NCBI GenBank assembly: GCA_951406725.2
Contig: OX597837.1
Location: 15,066,001-15,130,000 of the forward strand
Length of the DNA: 64,000 bases
Origin: Octopus vulgaris
Taxonomy: Eukaryota
Reading direction: 5' to 3'
In this document: one piece after another, positions 13,861-24,564 of the stretch
Layout of the letters: every line of letters starts with the position of its first letter
Position numbering within the stretch: the first letter of the stretch is position 1
The notes under the pieces: model-generated
The model's input: only the letters and a program-made list of their open reading frames with translations
Databases searched by the model: none
What the model was told of the DNA's origin: nothing
Made by a program: the position numbers and the translations under genes

Positions 13861-14007
13861 TTAATGTAAATACATCATTGAAAGGCAAATTTGCTGTGGC
13901 ATTTGTCCAGAGATAACATCTCTTCTGGATATGCTTTATCCATTAGAGATGTTATCTCTGGACAAATGCCACAGTGAATTTGCCTTTCAATGATGTATTT
14001 ATATTAA
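13861..14007. repeat. Near-perfect 147-nt inverted repeat (fold-back)
   Basis: Arms 13861-13923 and 13945-14007 are complementary at 60/63 positions; inner tggata/tatcca stem. Confidence 0.9.
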
Positions 14008-14137
14008 CCAAGCTACATGGAGGGTTATTTTAACTTGGCACTGCATGGATTGAACTTAATGGATTTTCATGTATTTTTTTTTCTTGTTTTGATTAAGTTT
14101 TTTGTTAATTTAATTTTTTGTCTTTTAATGTTAACAG

Positions 14138-14294
14138 GAAAAATAGTTTTTGGTGAACCAATAGCAGCTAGTTTAGGTACGGATGGAACACATTATTGGA
14201 ACAAATGTTGGCGCCATGCTGCTGGTCATGTTATGAGTCCACCCCTAAGAGCAGATACATCTACCCCAGGTTATTTGATGGACCTTTTATCAAA
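14138..14294 (+). CDS. DPYS: DHP/CRMP exon (G)[51 protein letters not shown](N)
   Basis: taacag / gtaatt splice sites; phase 1-2; [12 protein letters not shown] and SPPLR motifs. Confidence 0.95.
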
Positions 14295-14602
14295 GTAATT
14301 ATTGATACTTTTTTTCTTTTATTGTTGTTAGATGAGTTGGGGTCTTGGGTTCAGTCCCACAGCACTACACCTTAATGTCATTATCATTTTTTATGTCCAC
14401 TTTTCTATGTTTGCATGAGTTTGAGGAGTCTTTGCTAGCACTGTGATCTCCTTATTTGTTCTGGTCCTTTGTCATCCCCATTTGTAATTTTGTTTTTCCC
14501 AAGACACCTCCGTCACCCTCTTCTTACGATGCTCCTTCTCTCCACCCCACCCGCTCTTCCTTTGCCACGGTTAGTTCTAATGATTCTTCCTTTATTTTCT
14601 AG

Positions 14603-14744
14603 CAATGACCTACAATGTACAGGTACCGATAACTGTACATTTAATGCTGAACAAAAGGCATTGGGTAAAGATGATTTTAGACGCATACCTAATGGAGTTA
14701 ACGGAGTAGAAGACAGAATGTCTGTGATTTGGGAAAAGGGTGTG
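14603..14744 (+). CDS. DPYS: DHP/CRMP exon [47 protein letters not shown]
   Basis: ttctag / gtacgt; phase 2-0; catalytic Asp motif GTDNC and [13 protein letters not shown]. Confidence 0.95.
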
Positions 14745-15131
14745 GTACGTATTCAATCGCTTTTCTCTCTCTACAAAATCTTTCTTCATTTACACCTGCT
14801 TTGATCACACCTTCCTCAGACCACACCTGTCTGCTTTGAACACATTGGTCTACAAATTTTTTACCTGTCCAGTTTATAGCTTTGTTTTGTCACAGTGGTC
14901 TACAAATCTGATTACATCTTTCTATGACATTTTTGCCCATACCTGTCAATAAATATACCTTGATCACGTGGGTCTACAAATTTATCTGACATTAAAAGAT
15001 TTGGCATTCTGTTCATCTAAATTTCTTTTCTTTTCTTTTTTTATTTGTGTAAATTTGTTTAAATGTCTGCACTATTTTACTTTATTGAGTCCTACAGTAA
15101 AATCTCTGAATATTATAAATCTGTTTTCTAG

Positions 15132-15215
15132 CAATCTGGGAAAATGGATCCATGTAGATTTGTGGCAGTAACCAGTACCAACGCAGCTAAGATATTTAAT
15201 ATTTATCCCCAGAAG
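15132..15215 (+). CDS. DPYS: DHP/CRMP exon [28 protein letters not shown]
   Basis: ttctag / AAG|gtaaga; 84 nt, phase 0-0; [14 protein letters not shown] motif. Confidence 0.95.
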
Positions 15216-15474
15216 GTAAGAACAGTTATCTCCCTTATATATTTTTAATTCTAATTTCAAACCTCGTCTGGTTCCGTGATGCAAACATCCTGTTTTAAAG
15301 AGATGTAAAATTAAAAAGTTCCTCAGAAATTTCAATGTTAATATATGTTCCAAACGCCAGCATAAGAACGGCACTTATTTTATTAAATTCTTCCTATTTT
15401 TAAAGGTAATTGAAACAATGGAATGGTTAATTTTCATTTCCTCAATTTGCTTTGGAAATATTAAGAATGAATTA

Positions 15475-15649
15475 CCATATTTACTCACATATAAGCCAAA
15501 CTCCTAATTTAGTGTTAAATTCTGATATAAATTTTTTTTCCCCTTCATAGTTTTAGCTTTGCTCTTCGTAAAAGTCAAAGTCACGCTCTAGTTTTTTCAG
15601 CTAAAATCAAGTATAAAAAATATTGCAATTTATTTCCAAGTAAATATGG
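15475..15649. mobile_element. Tc1/mariner-superfamily MITE
   Basis: TA-ccatatttact ... agtaaatatgg-TA terminal inverted repeats with TA flanks. Confidence 0.6.
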
Positions 15650-15715
15650 TAATTGCTCGCTTACTCTCAGACATTGTCTTTTATTATTGTTTGTTTGTTA
15701 TTTATTTGTTTTTAG

Positions 15716-15895
15716 GGGCGAATCGCCGTAGGTTCAGATGCTGATCTTGTTATTTGGGATCCAAATGCAACTCGTACAATCTCTGCTAAAACTCATCATC
15801 AGGCCTGTGATTTTAATATTTTTGAGGGTATGGTGTGCCATGGAGTACCATTGTATGTCATTATGGGAGGACATGTCGTCTTAGATGAAGGCCAG
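15716..15895 (+). CDS. DPYS: DHP/CRMP exon [60 protein letters not shown]
   Basis: ttttag / CAG|gtaaga; 180 nt, phase 0-0; [10 protein letters not shown] amidohydrolase motif. Confidence 0.95.
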
Positions 15896-16605
15896 GTAAG
15901 AAAAACCTCTCTTTCTCTCTCTCTTTCATATCTCGTCTCATTTTTTTCACCCACTTATTCTTGGGAGGATCCTCAGGGCAGCCTTCTGTTGCCCCCTGTC
16001 TGAAGCAACAGTCACTACTTGATCTGGCTGGATTGCCAAGCAAGATCAACGGAGCTTAAGGACGTGTTGCTATCCAACCATCTTGCTCTTGATCTGCCCT
16101 GGGTCTCCTGCTGATTGGTTTTCCTTGTAAAAACCTGTCCATTGATTCATTCCCCGAGACATTTTTACCCCATGTCCATGGTGTTAGAGCTGTGATCTCT
16201 TAGTTCTGACAAGTAGCAGCTCTACCTGGAATGCTGCTTCTCTGATTTCCCAGTTACACATTCTACAAGTAATGTTATTTCACAGGAACCCCTGTTTGTA
16301 TTCAGGAATCATACTCCTTCAGTCATTCCTCAAGAGACATAGCCACTCTCTCTCATACATGTGTGTGTGTGTGTAAAGTTATTTATAAAAGCAATTTAGC
16401 ATTAAACTGAAGAATTATTCAATACCTTTTAACAGAATGTGTTTATTAAACTTTAACAAAAAGAAAGGTGATCTTCAAGTTTCAGTGTGCTAGCCTTTGT
16501 CAAGCTCATGTGTGTATTTTTTTCCGTCCGAAAGGGTTTTGCAATAATCACATACTATTTATAGCTTTATGTGCTTTGAGATTCACTCTTCCAAAAAAAA
16601 AAAAG

Positions 16606-16636
<31 letters not shown>

Positions 16637-16997
16637 TAAGACACAATGTATGGTTTCAAGTAATCCAGCCATACTCATAAGAAAAGCTCCTTAATGTATG
16701 ATTCTACAAAACATATGGAATATATAATATAAGAGAGAAAAGGATGAGGAGAAATGAATAAAGTCATTAAATGACTGAGAAGCAATTTGATGAAATTTTA
16801 TTTAGCAATAAGAAAATTCAAACATCACAACCAATTGTTTCGTAACTTAAAGACATTTGCAAATGTGTGTAAATGTAATCAGTTTAATTTTTTACACCAA
16901 GATTATCAAAAGATCATTTAATTTAGCTCGTTCTTGTTTATTCCCTAATTTTAATTATTTCTAATCTAATATTAAAATCCCCTTTTTTTAATTTCAG

Positions 16998-17084
16998 CTT
17001 AAAGTCTCTCAAGGTCTTGGTCGTTTCATTCCTATGCCTCCCTTTGCTGAAACTGTATATGGACGTGTTGAAGGTCGCGAACGT
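16998..17084 (+). CDS. DPYS: DHP/CRMP exon LKVSQGLGRFIPMPPFAETVYGRVEGRER
   Basis: tttcag / gtaagt; 87 nt, phase 0-0; GxGRFIP motif. Confidence 0.93.
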
Positions 17085-17241
17085 GTAAGTATTGGACACT
17101 TCTTTGAGGATCTTTCAATTAGAAATACAGGAAAATTTTTCAGTCATTTTTTTCCCCTGTTAGTAAATTTATTAGGGGTTTTCTGCACTCTCTTTGATCT
17201 CGTTTGCATCAAATATGTTGTTAATTTGTAAAAATGGCATT

Positions 17242-17488
17242 TGACAGGACATGGTGAGTGTGTCGACTGCAAATACATTAACAATATATTGGGAAGTGGG
17301 TTTAACATGTTAGCAATTTTTCATAGTGGCGTCTCCAAACCTCTCTCTTTGCAGCCTCGTTTAGTGCAAGTGTACCATCATCCATGCAGACACATTTCTC
17401 TCCTACAACATCACAATTCTCTCTCACACACTGTCTTGCAACATGAAATACCTCAAGTCTTTGGTCCTCATTGCGCAGTACATTGGCA

Positions 17489-17490
<2 letters not shown>
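17242..17490 (-). mobile_element. RTE-like LINE ORF fragment
   Basis: VFHVARQCVRENCDVVGEKCV..DDGTLAL..AKREVWRRHYEKLL resembles the RTE EN-RT linker. Confidence 0.65.
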
Positions 17491-17526
<36 letters not shown>

Positions 17527-18318
17527 GTGGAGGCGCAATGGCCCAGTGGTTAGGGCAGCGGACTCGCGGTCGCAGGATCGCGGTTTCGATTCCCAGGCCG
17601 GGCGTTGTGAGTGTTTATTGAGCGAAAACACTTAAAAGCTCCACGAGCTCCGGCAGGGGATGTGGCGGTCCCTGCTGTACTCTTTCACCACAACTTTCTC
17701 TCACTCTTTCTTCTGTTGGCCTGCTCGCTTAGCCAATGGGATGGCGTCATTTGAAGGCTAATACAATGCAAAGCGCATTGTGACCTGCGATGTGTGGCAA
17801 GCAACATCTGATAGCCTGGTCGATCACGGTGATATATGTATATATGTGGGTGGCTTATTAGCAATTTAATTACCTAAAAGCAAATTTGTCACTTAAGTGG
17901 TGTCTATATATTCATCATCATCATCATTTAACGTCCATTGTCCATGCTGGCATGGGTTGGATGGTTTGACCAGAGCTGGGGAGCTGCACCATGTTCTAGT
18001 GTGATTTGGTACAGTTTCTATAGCTGGATGCCCTTCCTAATGCCAACCACTTTACAGAGTGTGCTGGGTGCTTTTACATGGCACCCCCAGAAGAATCGGT
18101 TGTAATGCTGCCCCTGTGGAGTACAGGTCTTCTTGAGTGCGGCAAAGCATAAACAAAAAAAACAATTTAACTGTAACTTACGATGCATCTTATATATGAG
18201 ATATATTTTGCATTATTGGTTTACCCAGAATTAGAGGTGCACCTTGTACATGAGTGCATATGATATGCAAATAAATAAATGCAATTATACAATTATACAT
18301 TCTGTTTGTGTTCTTTAG

Positions 18319-18505
18319 GCAAGGATGCCCAAAAAGGTTGATCGTGAGCCGTACACTGGAACTGTTGTTGAAATTATGGCTCCTGAGGAATTTGACACAA
18401 GGAAGTCGGACAATCCTATTCTACAGGATCCTCAACCATTCCATGCCCGACCACTTACTCGAAGCGGTGCTCGCAACCAGCAAGACTCTAGCTTTACATT
18501 GAGTG
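18319..18505 (+). CDS. DPYS: DHP/CRMP exon ARMPKKVDREPYTGTVVEIM...RSGARNQQDSSFTLS(G)
   Basis: ctttag / G|gtaagt; 187 nt, phase 0-1; V-x-R-x-PY-x-G and RNxxxSSFxLSG resemble the CRMP tail. Confidence 0.92.
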
Positions 18506-21500
18506 GTAAGTCACGCTTCAGTTATTCAACTTTCTTACAAATGTTCCTCCTTAATCTTCCCCCTGGATTCTTGCACCAGAAGAGCAGAATTTTCTTTTAA
18601 TCCTTTAGTATTTAATCCAGCCAAATCCGGCCCCTCAAACCTTAAAAATATCATTCTAAAAATAAACAAGGACATCATTGAAACTTCAAAGCTACAAAAT
18701 AAATTCAAAACAATTTGAATAAATAAGCTTTTTCACTTCTCAGAGGAATCTGAATTCTAAGGGGTTAAACATGATATTAAAGTAATTGTTTTATGAAAGA
18801 AAACTATTTCTTCAACAATGAAAATTTAAAAACCCTTTTTTTTTTATTTATCTTTGTCTCATTGGACAGCAGCCATGCTGGAGCACCACCCTTTTCAGGT
18901 TTAGACAAACAAATCAACCCCTGTACTTTTTGTTTTAAAGTCGGGTATTTATTTAATCAATCTATGTTGCCAAACCATCAAATATTTAATTAACGAAGTT
19001 ATTAACACCATCATCATCACCCTTTAACGTTTACTGTCCTTGCTTGAATGGGGTCAGAGGGAATTTGTTGAGGCAGGTTTCCTACACCCTGATTCCTTTC
19101 CGTCACCAATCTTTGCCTTGTTTTCCAAGTAAGGTAATATTTCCACAAGACCAGACCTGTTCTGGTGGCAGACTGGACGTGGACAACATCACACCTACGA
19201 CGACGATGCTCGTCTTACAACCCATCACATGGGCTTCTTTCAGTTTCTCTCTTCCAAATTCCTTCACAAGGCTTTGGCTTTGAAGAAGGCACTCAGGGTG
19301 CCATGCAATGGAACTGAACCCAAAGCCATGTGGTTGAGAAGCAAACTTCTTCAGCACAAACCACACCTGTCCTGTTAATAATGGCAAGAATATTACCTCT
19401 TTCTTTTTTTCTTTTGTAAACCATTTCTTATTGTGCTTTACAGCACATTGGTGCCTCTCCACATCTGCTAGGATCTCTGCTTTCTCTTGACAGTTTTCTA
19501 GCATTCTTTGTGGAGATGAGGTGACAGCCTGATGCCCAACCCCCTTCAAGATACCCTGAGTGGTCCCCTTTCATCATCTCATATCACAGCTTCGTTGACT
19601 GCAACTAGAGTTTCCCCTATTTTTTTGTATCTGATCCAAATGTCTTACCATTTTGTCATTCACGAGTTTCACATCTTTTACCAATCTTTGTATTGTTTAT
19701 TTTGTTTTTTTTTTCTCTTTCCCTTGATCGTCCAAAAAACTAAAAAGATTTTTTCTTCTTTTTGGTACCAGTTTTTTGATTCCTTGGCTTCAAATGCTTT
19801 TCTCTTTTTTTTTTTCATTTTAATTGTATTAATTGATTTTTATCTTGATTTGCATCTGTGTGATTTATTTTTTGTTTATTTTATATGTAAAAGGAAACCT
19901 GGAATCTGGCTATATTCAAGGAAAAGACCTTTGGTTAAGCTAATCCCTTATGTAGTATAAGACCTATTCTGAGTGACTTCACAGACACACCTCAAAGGTG
20001 CATCTATAGCCACACCTCTATAGACACCTCAAATATAGCCAATACAGTATTAGCTATTACCTTTAGCGAACTATATTAAAATTTCCCTCCACTACAATTT
20101 GATCTCAAGTTATTTGCACTTTTTCATGCAGTTAAGTTTGTATGATACAAGATCATTATTTTTAATGTTCGTTTTTTTTTCTTGTTTTTTATACAGTTAA
20201 TTAAGTAAACGATCTGTATCGTTATCCTCATTTTACATCTGCTTTGCATGCAAACATAGACTGCACTGATCAAATGAATTTTTCTTGTTCAATCATTCCA
20301 CTGAAGGCATGATTTCAATGGTTAGGTGGCCTCCCAAAAACCAACCATCTCCCACTATGTCCTGGGGTGAATTCTATTGAGTCACTGGCACACGAGAGCT
20401 TATCTTTGCCCAGCAAAACTTGAGAGTTTAGTATAATCTTAATTTGTCCCCGTTCCTTCACCATCCGTCTCGGAGGGAACTGAAAGCATTTCTTCATAGT
20501 ACCAATACTTGTGGTGTTGCTTTGTGCTCCACAAGACTAAAAGAGTCTTCATTGCTTTGAGCTGTCTCCATTCTTTAAAGGCAACATGACCAAGTGGTTA
20601 GAATTTATGGTCATAGGTGTGTGAGTTCGATTCCTGAACTGGGCAGTGCATTGTATCCTTGACTAAGACACTTCATTTCTTTCCTACAGCTAGTCAAATT
20701 TCTGCCTCACACTGAGGGAGTAATTATCTCCCTTTATATCAATAACCCTGCAGAGGGCACCACACACATCTATGTAAGAGATATGCTTTTAGTTCGTTAT
20801 TATTTGCTAATGAGAATTTCAGAAAATAACAGGAATGAGAAACGGTTAGTGGAACCACGTAGAGCCACTTAAATAGATGTGTTTTAGCCATTCCAGCATC
20901 GTAAAGCAGAATGGGAAATGAGACTTTTCCCTTGCACCATCTTTTCTACATGATTCATAGCTTATGGCATTTGTTGACTTTTTCTTTGTTCAAGTTAAAG
21001 GCTGAGACCATGTAAATATATTCGTTAATTCTCCAACCACTAGGCACCATACACTCTATCAATCAATCTATCTATCTCTATCTCTCTCTCTTTATCTATC
21101 TATCTCTATCTCTCCAGTTGTAGAGTAATGTACATAAAGTACCCAGAAGGAAACCATTATCATATTATATTAATGTCAGGACACTCATAAATTCTTCCAC
21201 CAGTTCTAGACACCTCAGTCTCTCTCTTGTGGTAGGTAGGGTGATGCACATAAATCTCTAAGTTGTCCACTTCCTGGCCATCACAATCCTTCAATTCTTA
21301 GTCTAATTCTCTCAATAAAAAAATTAGAAAATAGTAATATCATTAGAATATCATGTATGTATATATATCTACATATATATATATATATATATATGTGTAT
21401 GTGTGTGTATTATACATCAGTGTGAATAACTTCTACCAATGTAATTTAAGTCAGAATTGATGAATTACCTTGCTTTGCTCTTATTTATTTGGCTTTGCTT

Positions 21501-24500
21501 TTCTATAGAATTCTTCAGAAGTTCCATTGCTGCCTTCATGGAGAGATTTCTATTTAGAATTCCGTTGTGCTTCTGTGTTTTCCTTTGCTTAAGGCTCTTC
21601 CCTAAATGTTCAATTTGTTCTCTTTGACAGCAATTTTATGCTTTATTTGCTAATTTAAACCATTTCCAGAGAACACTTTTTTTTTCTTCCTTATTTCTCT
21701 TTTTTCTTTTGTCATAAGCAATGGCTTTCCTGGCTTATGCGACACTAAAAAAAAATACAATAAAACAAGGCAATGCCTTGTATATTAAGCATTTTATTTT
21801 TTTTTGTCTTGACTATGAAAAATAAAATGAAGACACCAATTTGCTGGTCAACAAGCAGGAAATTTTAAATGGTCGATGCTCTTTCTTGTATTTAATTTTA
21901 GCCAAACCGTTTGCTGGACCTGAAGTTTGGACTCACTGTCTGCGTTCCGCTATTTGTTGCAAAGTCTAGAACAAACTTTTATTTCACCATAAATTGCTGT
22001 CATTGACCATTAAATGCTGAAATAGGTAATAAGCTAACGATCTGAGCAATGCCACCCCCACTGTAGTTGATACTTCTAGGCTTAATTAATGGAACTATAA
22101 TTAGGGACAACCTTAACGATGTGACTGTGTAAGGCAAAAACGTGTTCTTTCACTCGCTCTCTCTCTCTCTTTCTTTCTTACTTCCTGTCTCTCTCTTTCT
22201 CTATCTCTGGCAAAGGATGAAACGAACAATGAAATTCCAGCCACGTAAGATATGCCAGCAGCCGGCAGTAAATTCATTCCGTTCTAAACTAACCCTCACT
22301 AACACTTGACTCAATCAATCATGGAATATTTTTTTTCCAGTTGGCAAAGCTTTAACCTAAAAATTTTCATTTCTCAATAGAACAAGGAAATAACCAACGA
22401 AGGAGGGATTATCATTCAAACAGTGAGTAGGCCCCTTTCCAATGCACCACTCATCTTGGCTGATTTGAGCTTTCTAGCAACTCTAGAATGGACTGAGTGA
22501 CTCGTCTCTCAACTGCCAAAACAAACCTTCCTGATAATTCTTCATATAAATATATCTTCACAAATCTCCTCGGTTTTTTTTTTTTTTTTTTTCAATGACT
22601 TTTCTAATAACCTTTTTGATTACATTTTTTGTATTAATTTTCACAGCTTCATATCATAACATGGCAGCATCTCAGTGAATGTTCTTTATTACTCACTCAT
22701 TTTCTAGATTATTCTACAAGTTCTTACATCGGTAGATCCATACTGGAAAACCCCTTGGGATGTCTCTCTCATCATAAACATCATTTTCCAATCAAATTAT
22801 CATAGATTTTTGTTTTTTCATACAAATTATTCCATCCATTTGATCAGCATCTCATTTTACTCACAAATCATCATCATTCCTTCTTCCACTATTACCATTT
22901 ATTATTGCTAGGGCGGCAAACTGGAAGAATCGTTAGAACGACAGGCAAAATGCTTAGCAGCATTTCTTCCGTCTCTTCATTCTGAGTTCAAATCCTACCA
23001 AGGTCAACTTTGCCTTTCATCCTTTCGGGGTCAGTAGAATAAGTACCGGTCAAATTCTGGAGTCAGTGTAGCCCCCCTCCCTACAAATTTCAGGCCTTGT
23101 ACCTGTAGCAGAAAGGACTGCAGAAATGTTTGATCCCTTCCAATAGCTTTGTGCTATTTCTTCCAACTCTTTACATTCTGGGTTCAGATTTGAATTGCAT
23201 CAAGGTTGATTTTGCCTTTCATCCTTTTGGAGTTGACAAAATAATTACCTGTTATCTACTGGGGGTTGAAGTAATCGACTTCCCCCTCCTGTGCAAAAAA
23301 AAAAAAAGGTGGCCCAGTGCCAAAATTTGAACCCATCATCAATATTGTATTAATAATATATTTTTCTTTTCTATTTAATGAAAGAATTTCTCCTGTTGCA
23401 AAGTCCCTTTAAAACAGCAGATATTTAACCGTTTAAGGACACCCCCCCCCCCTGATTCCTTCAGACATCTGCTTCTGATAACACAAGTCAGGTTTTTATA
23501 TTTTCATCGTTTGAGCTAAATTGAAGCCAATTAGGAATTTAGGGGAATCTTTAGAAACTAGAAACTGCTGAATGCTGTCCCAACACAAACCCACCACTTT
23601 CCAAATGTGGGACCAGCTGATAGCCTTGAAATATTTTCTTTTAGAATCTTTAAGAATCACAGATACATTTAAATGTCATACCATATACATTATGTGTATA
23701 TATATTCTTTTGAAGGATTTGAGCGATTTCTTTACCCTCAAGTTGCTTTATGAAACAGCTTCCTCCTCATTTTTACATCATCTTAACTCTTCAGTGACCC
23801 CTTTTTTTCGGTTGGTAGCTTCTGAGCCCACAGCAGCCAATTTGACTTCTGAAAAAGAAAGATTTTTTTCTTTTGGGTGTTGTAAATAGTTTTTTTATTA
23901 TTTATTTATTTATTTATTGGTTGATTGTTTTGGTGACAGGGATTTTGTTTTGGGTTTTTTTTTAAATCCTGATACTTTTCAGGGAAGTTTTATTTTTCCC
24001 CTGTTCCTGCTAAACATTTTCGTTATAGTTTTAGTATTTTTAAAAAAAGGGCAATAAAGAAAAATAACTTTTGTGTATTTCTTGCTAATTAATGTTGGCT
24101 TATTTTGTTTTATTTTTAAAAACAATTTTTTTTTCTCTAAATACACATTGTGGTTTTATTGTTGGTGTTTGACTACATTTTTAAAAAATATAACTAATCT
24201 AAGGTTGATTTTTTTTTTTTTTTTTCTGTTTTTACTTCAGTGGGGGTAGGAGAAGAAAAAAACATTTAAAAAAAAAAAAACTAGGATTTGAAATAATGAG
24301 TCTTTCTGCATGTTTTGATGAGCAATTTCCCCTCTAGAATTACTGGTAGTATTAATAAATTTGTGTTAGTAACTCCAGCAGTTCCAGTTAAACTTTCAGC
24401 TCAACCCAATTGCTTTTTGTTCTCCGCACACACACACAAGTCTTTATATTTCTTGAGCTTCTTTATGGAATTATTGATTTGCATGTCAACGAGTGTGGTG

Positions 24501-24522
24501 GTCGTGTGTAGATTTCCTGCAG

Positions 24523-24564
24523 TTGATGCTAGTCATGTGGACATCGGCTGTTTAGTTCAGAATG
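24523..24564 (+). CDS. Candidate cassette exon of DHP/CRMP, (V)DASHVDIGCLVQN(G)
   Basis: ttcctgcag acceptor, ATG|gtcagt donor; 42 nt, phase 1-1, no stop; TGCATG at 24307, 24480 and 24575. Confidence 0.45.
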
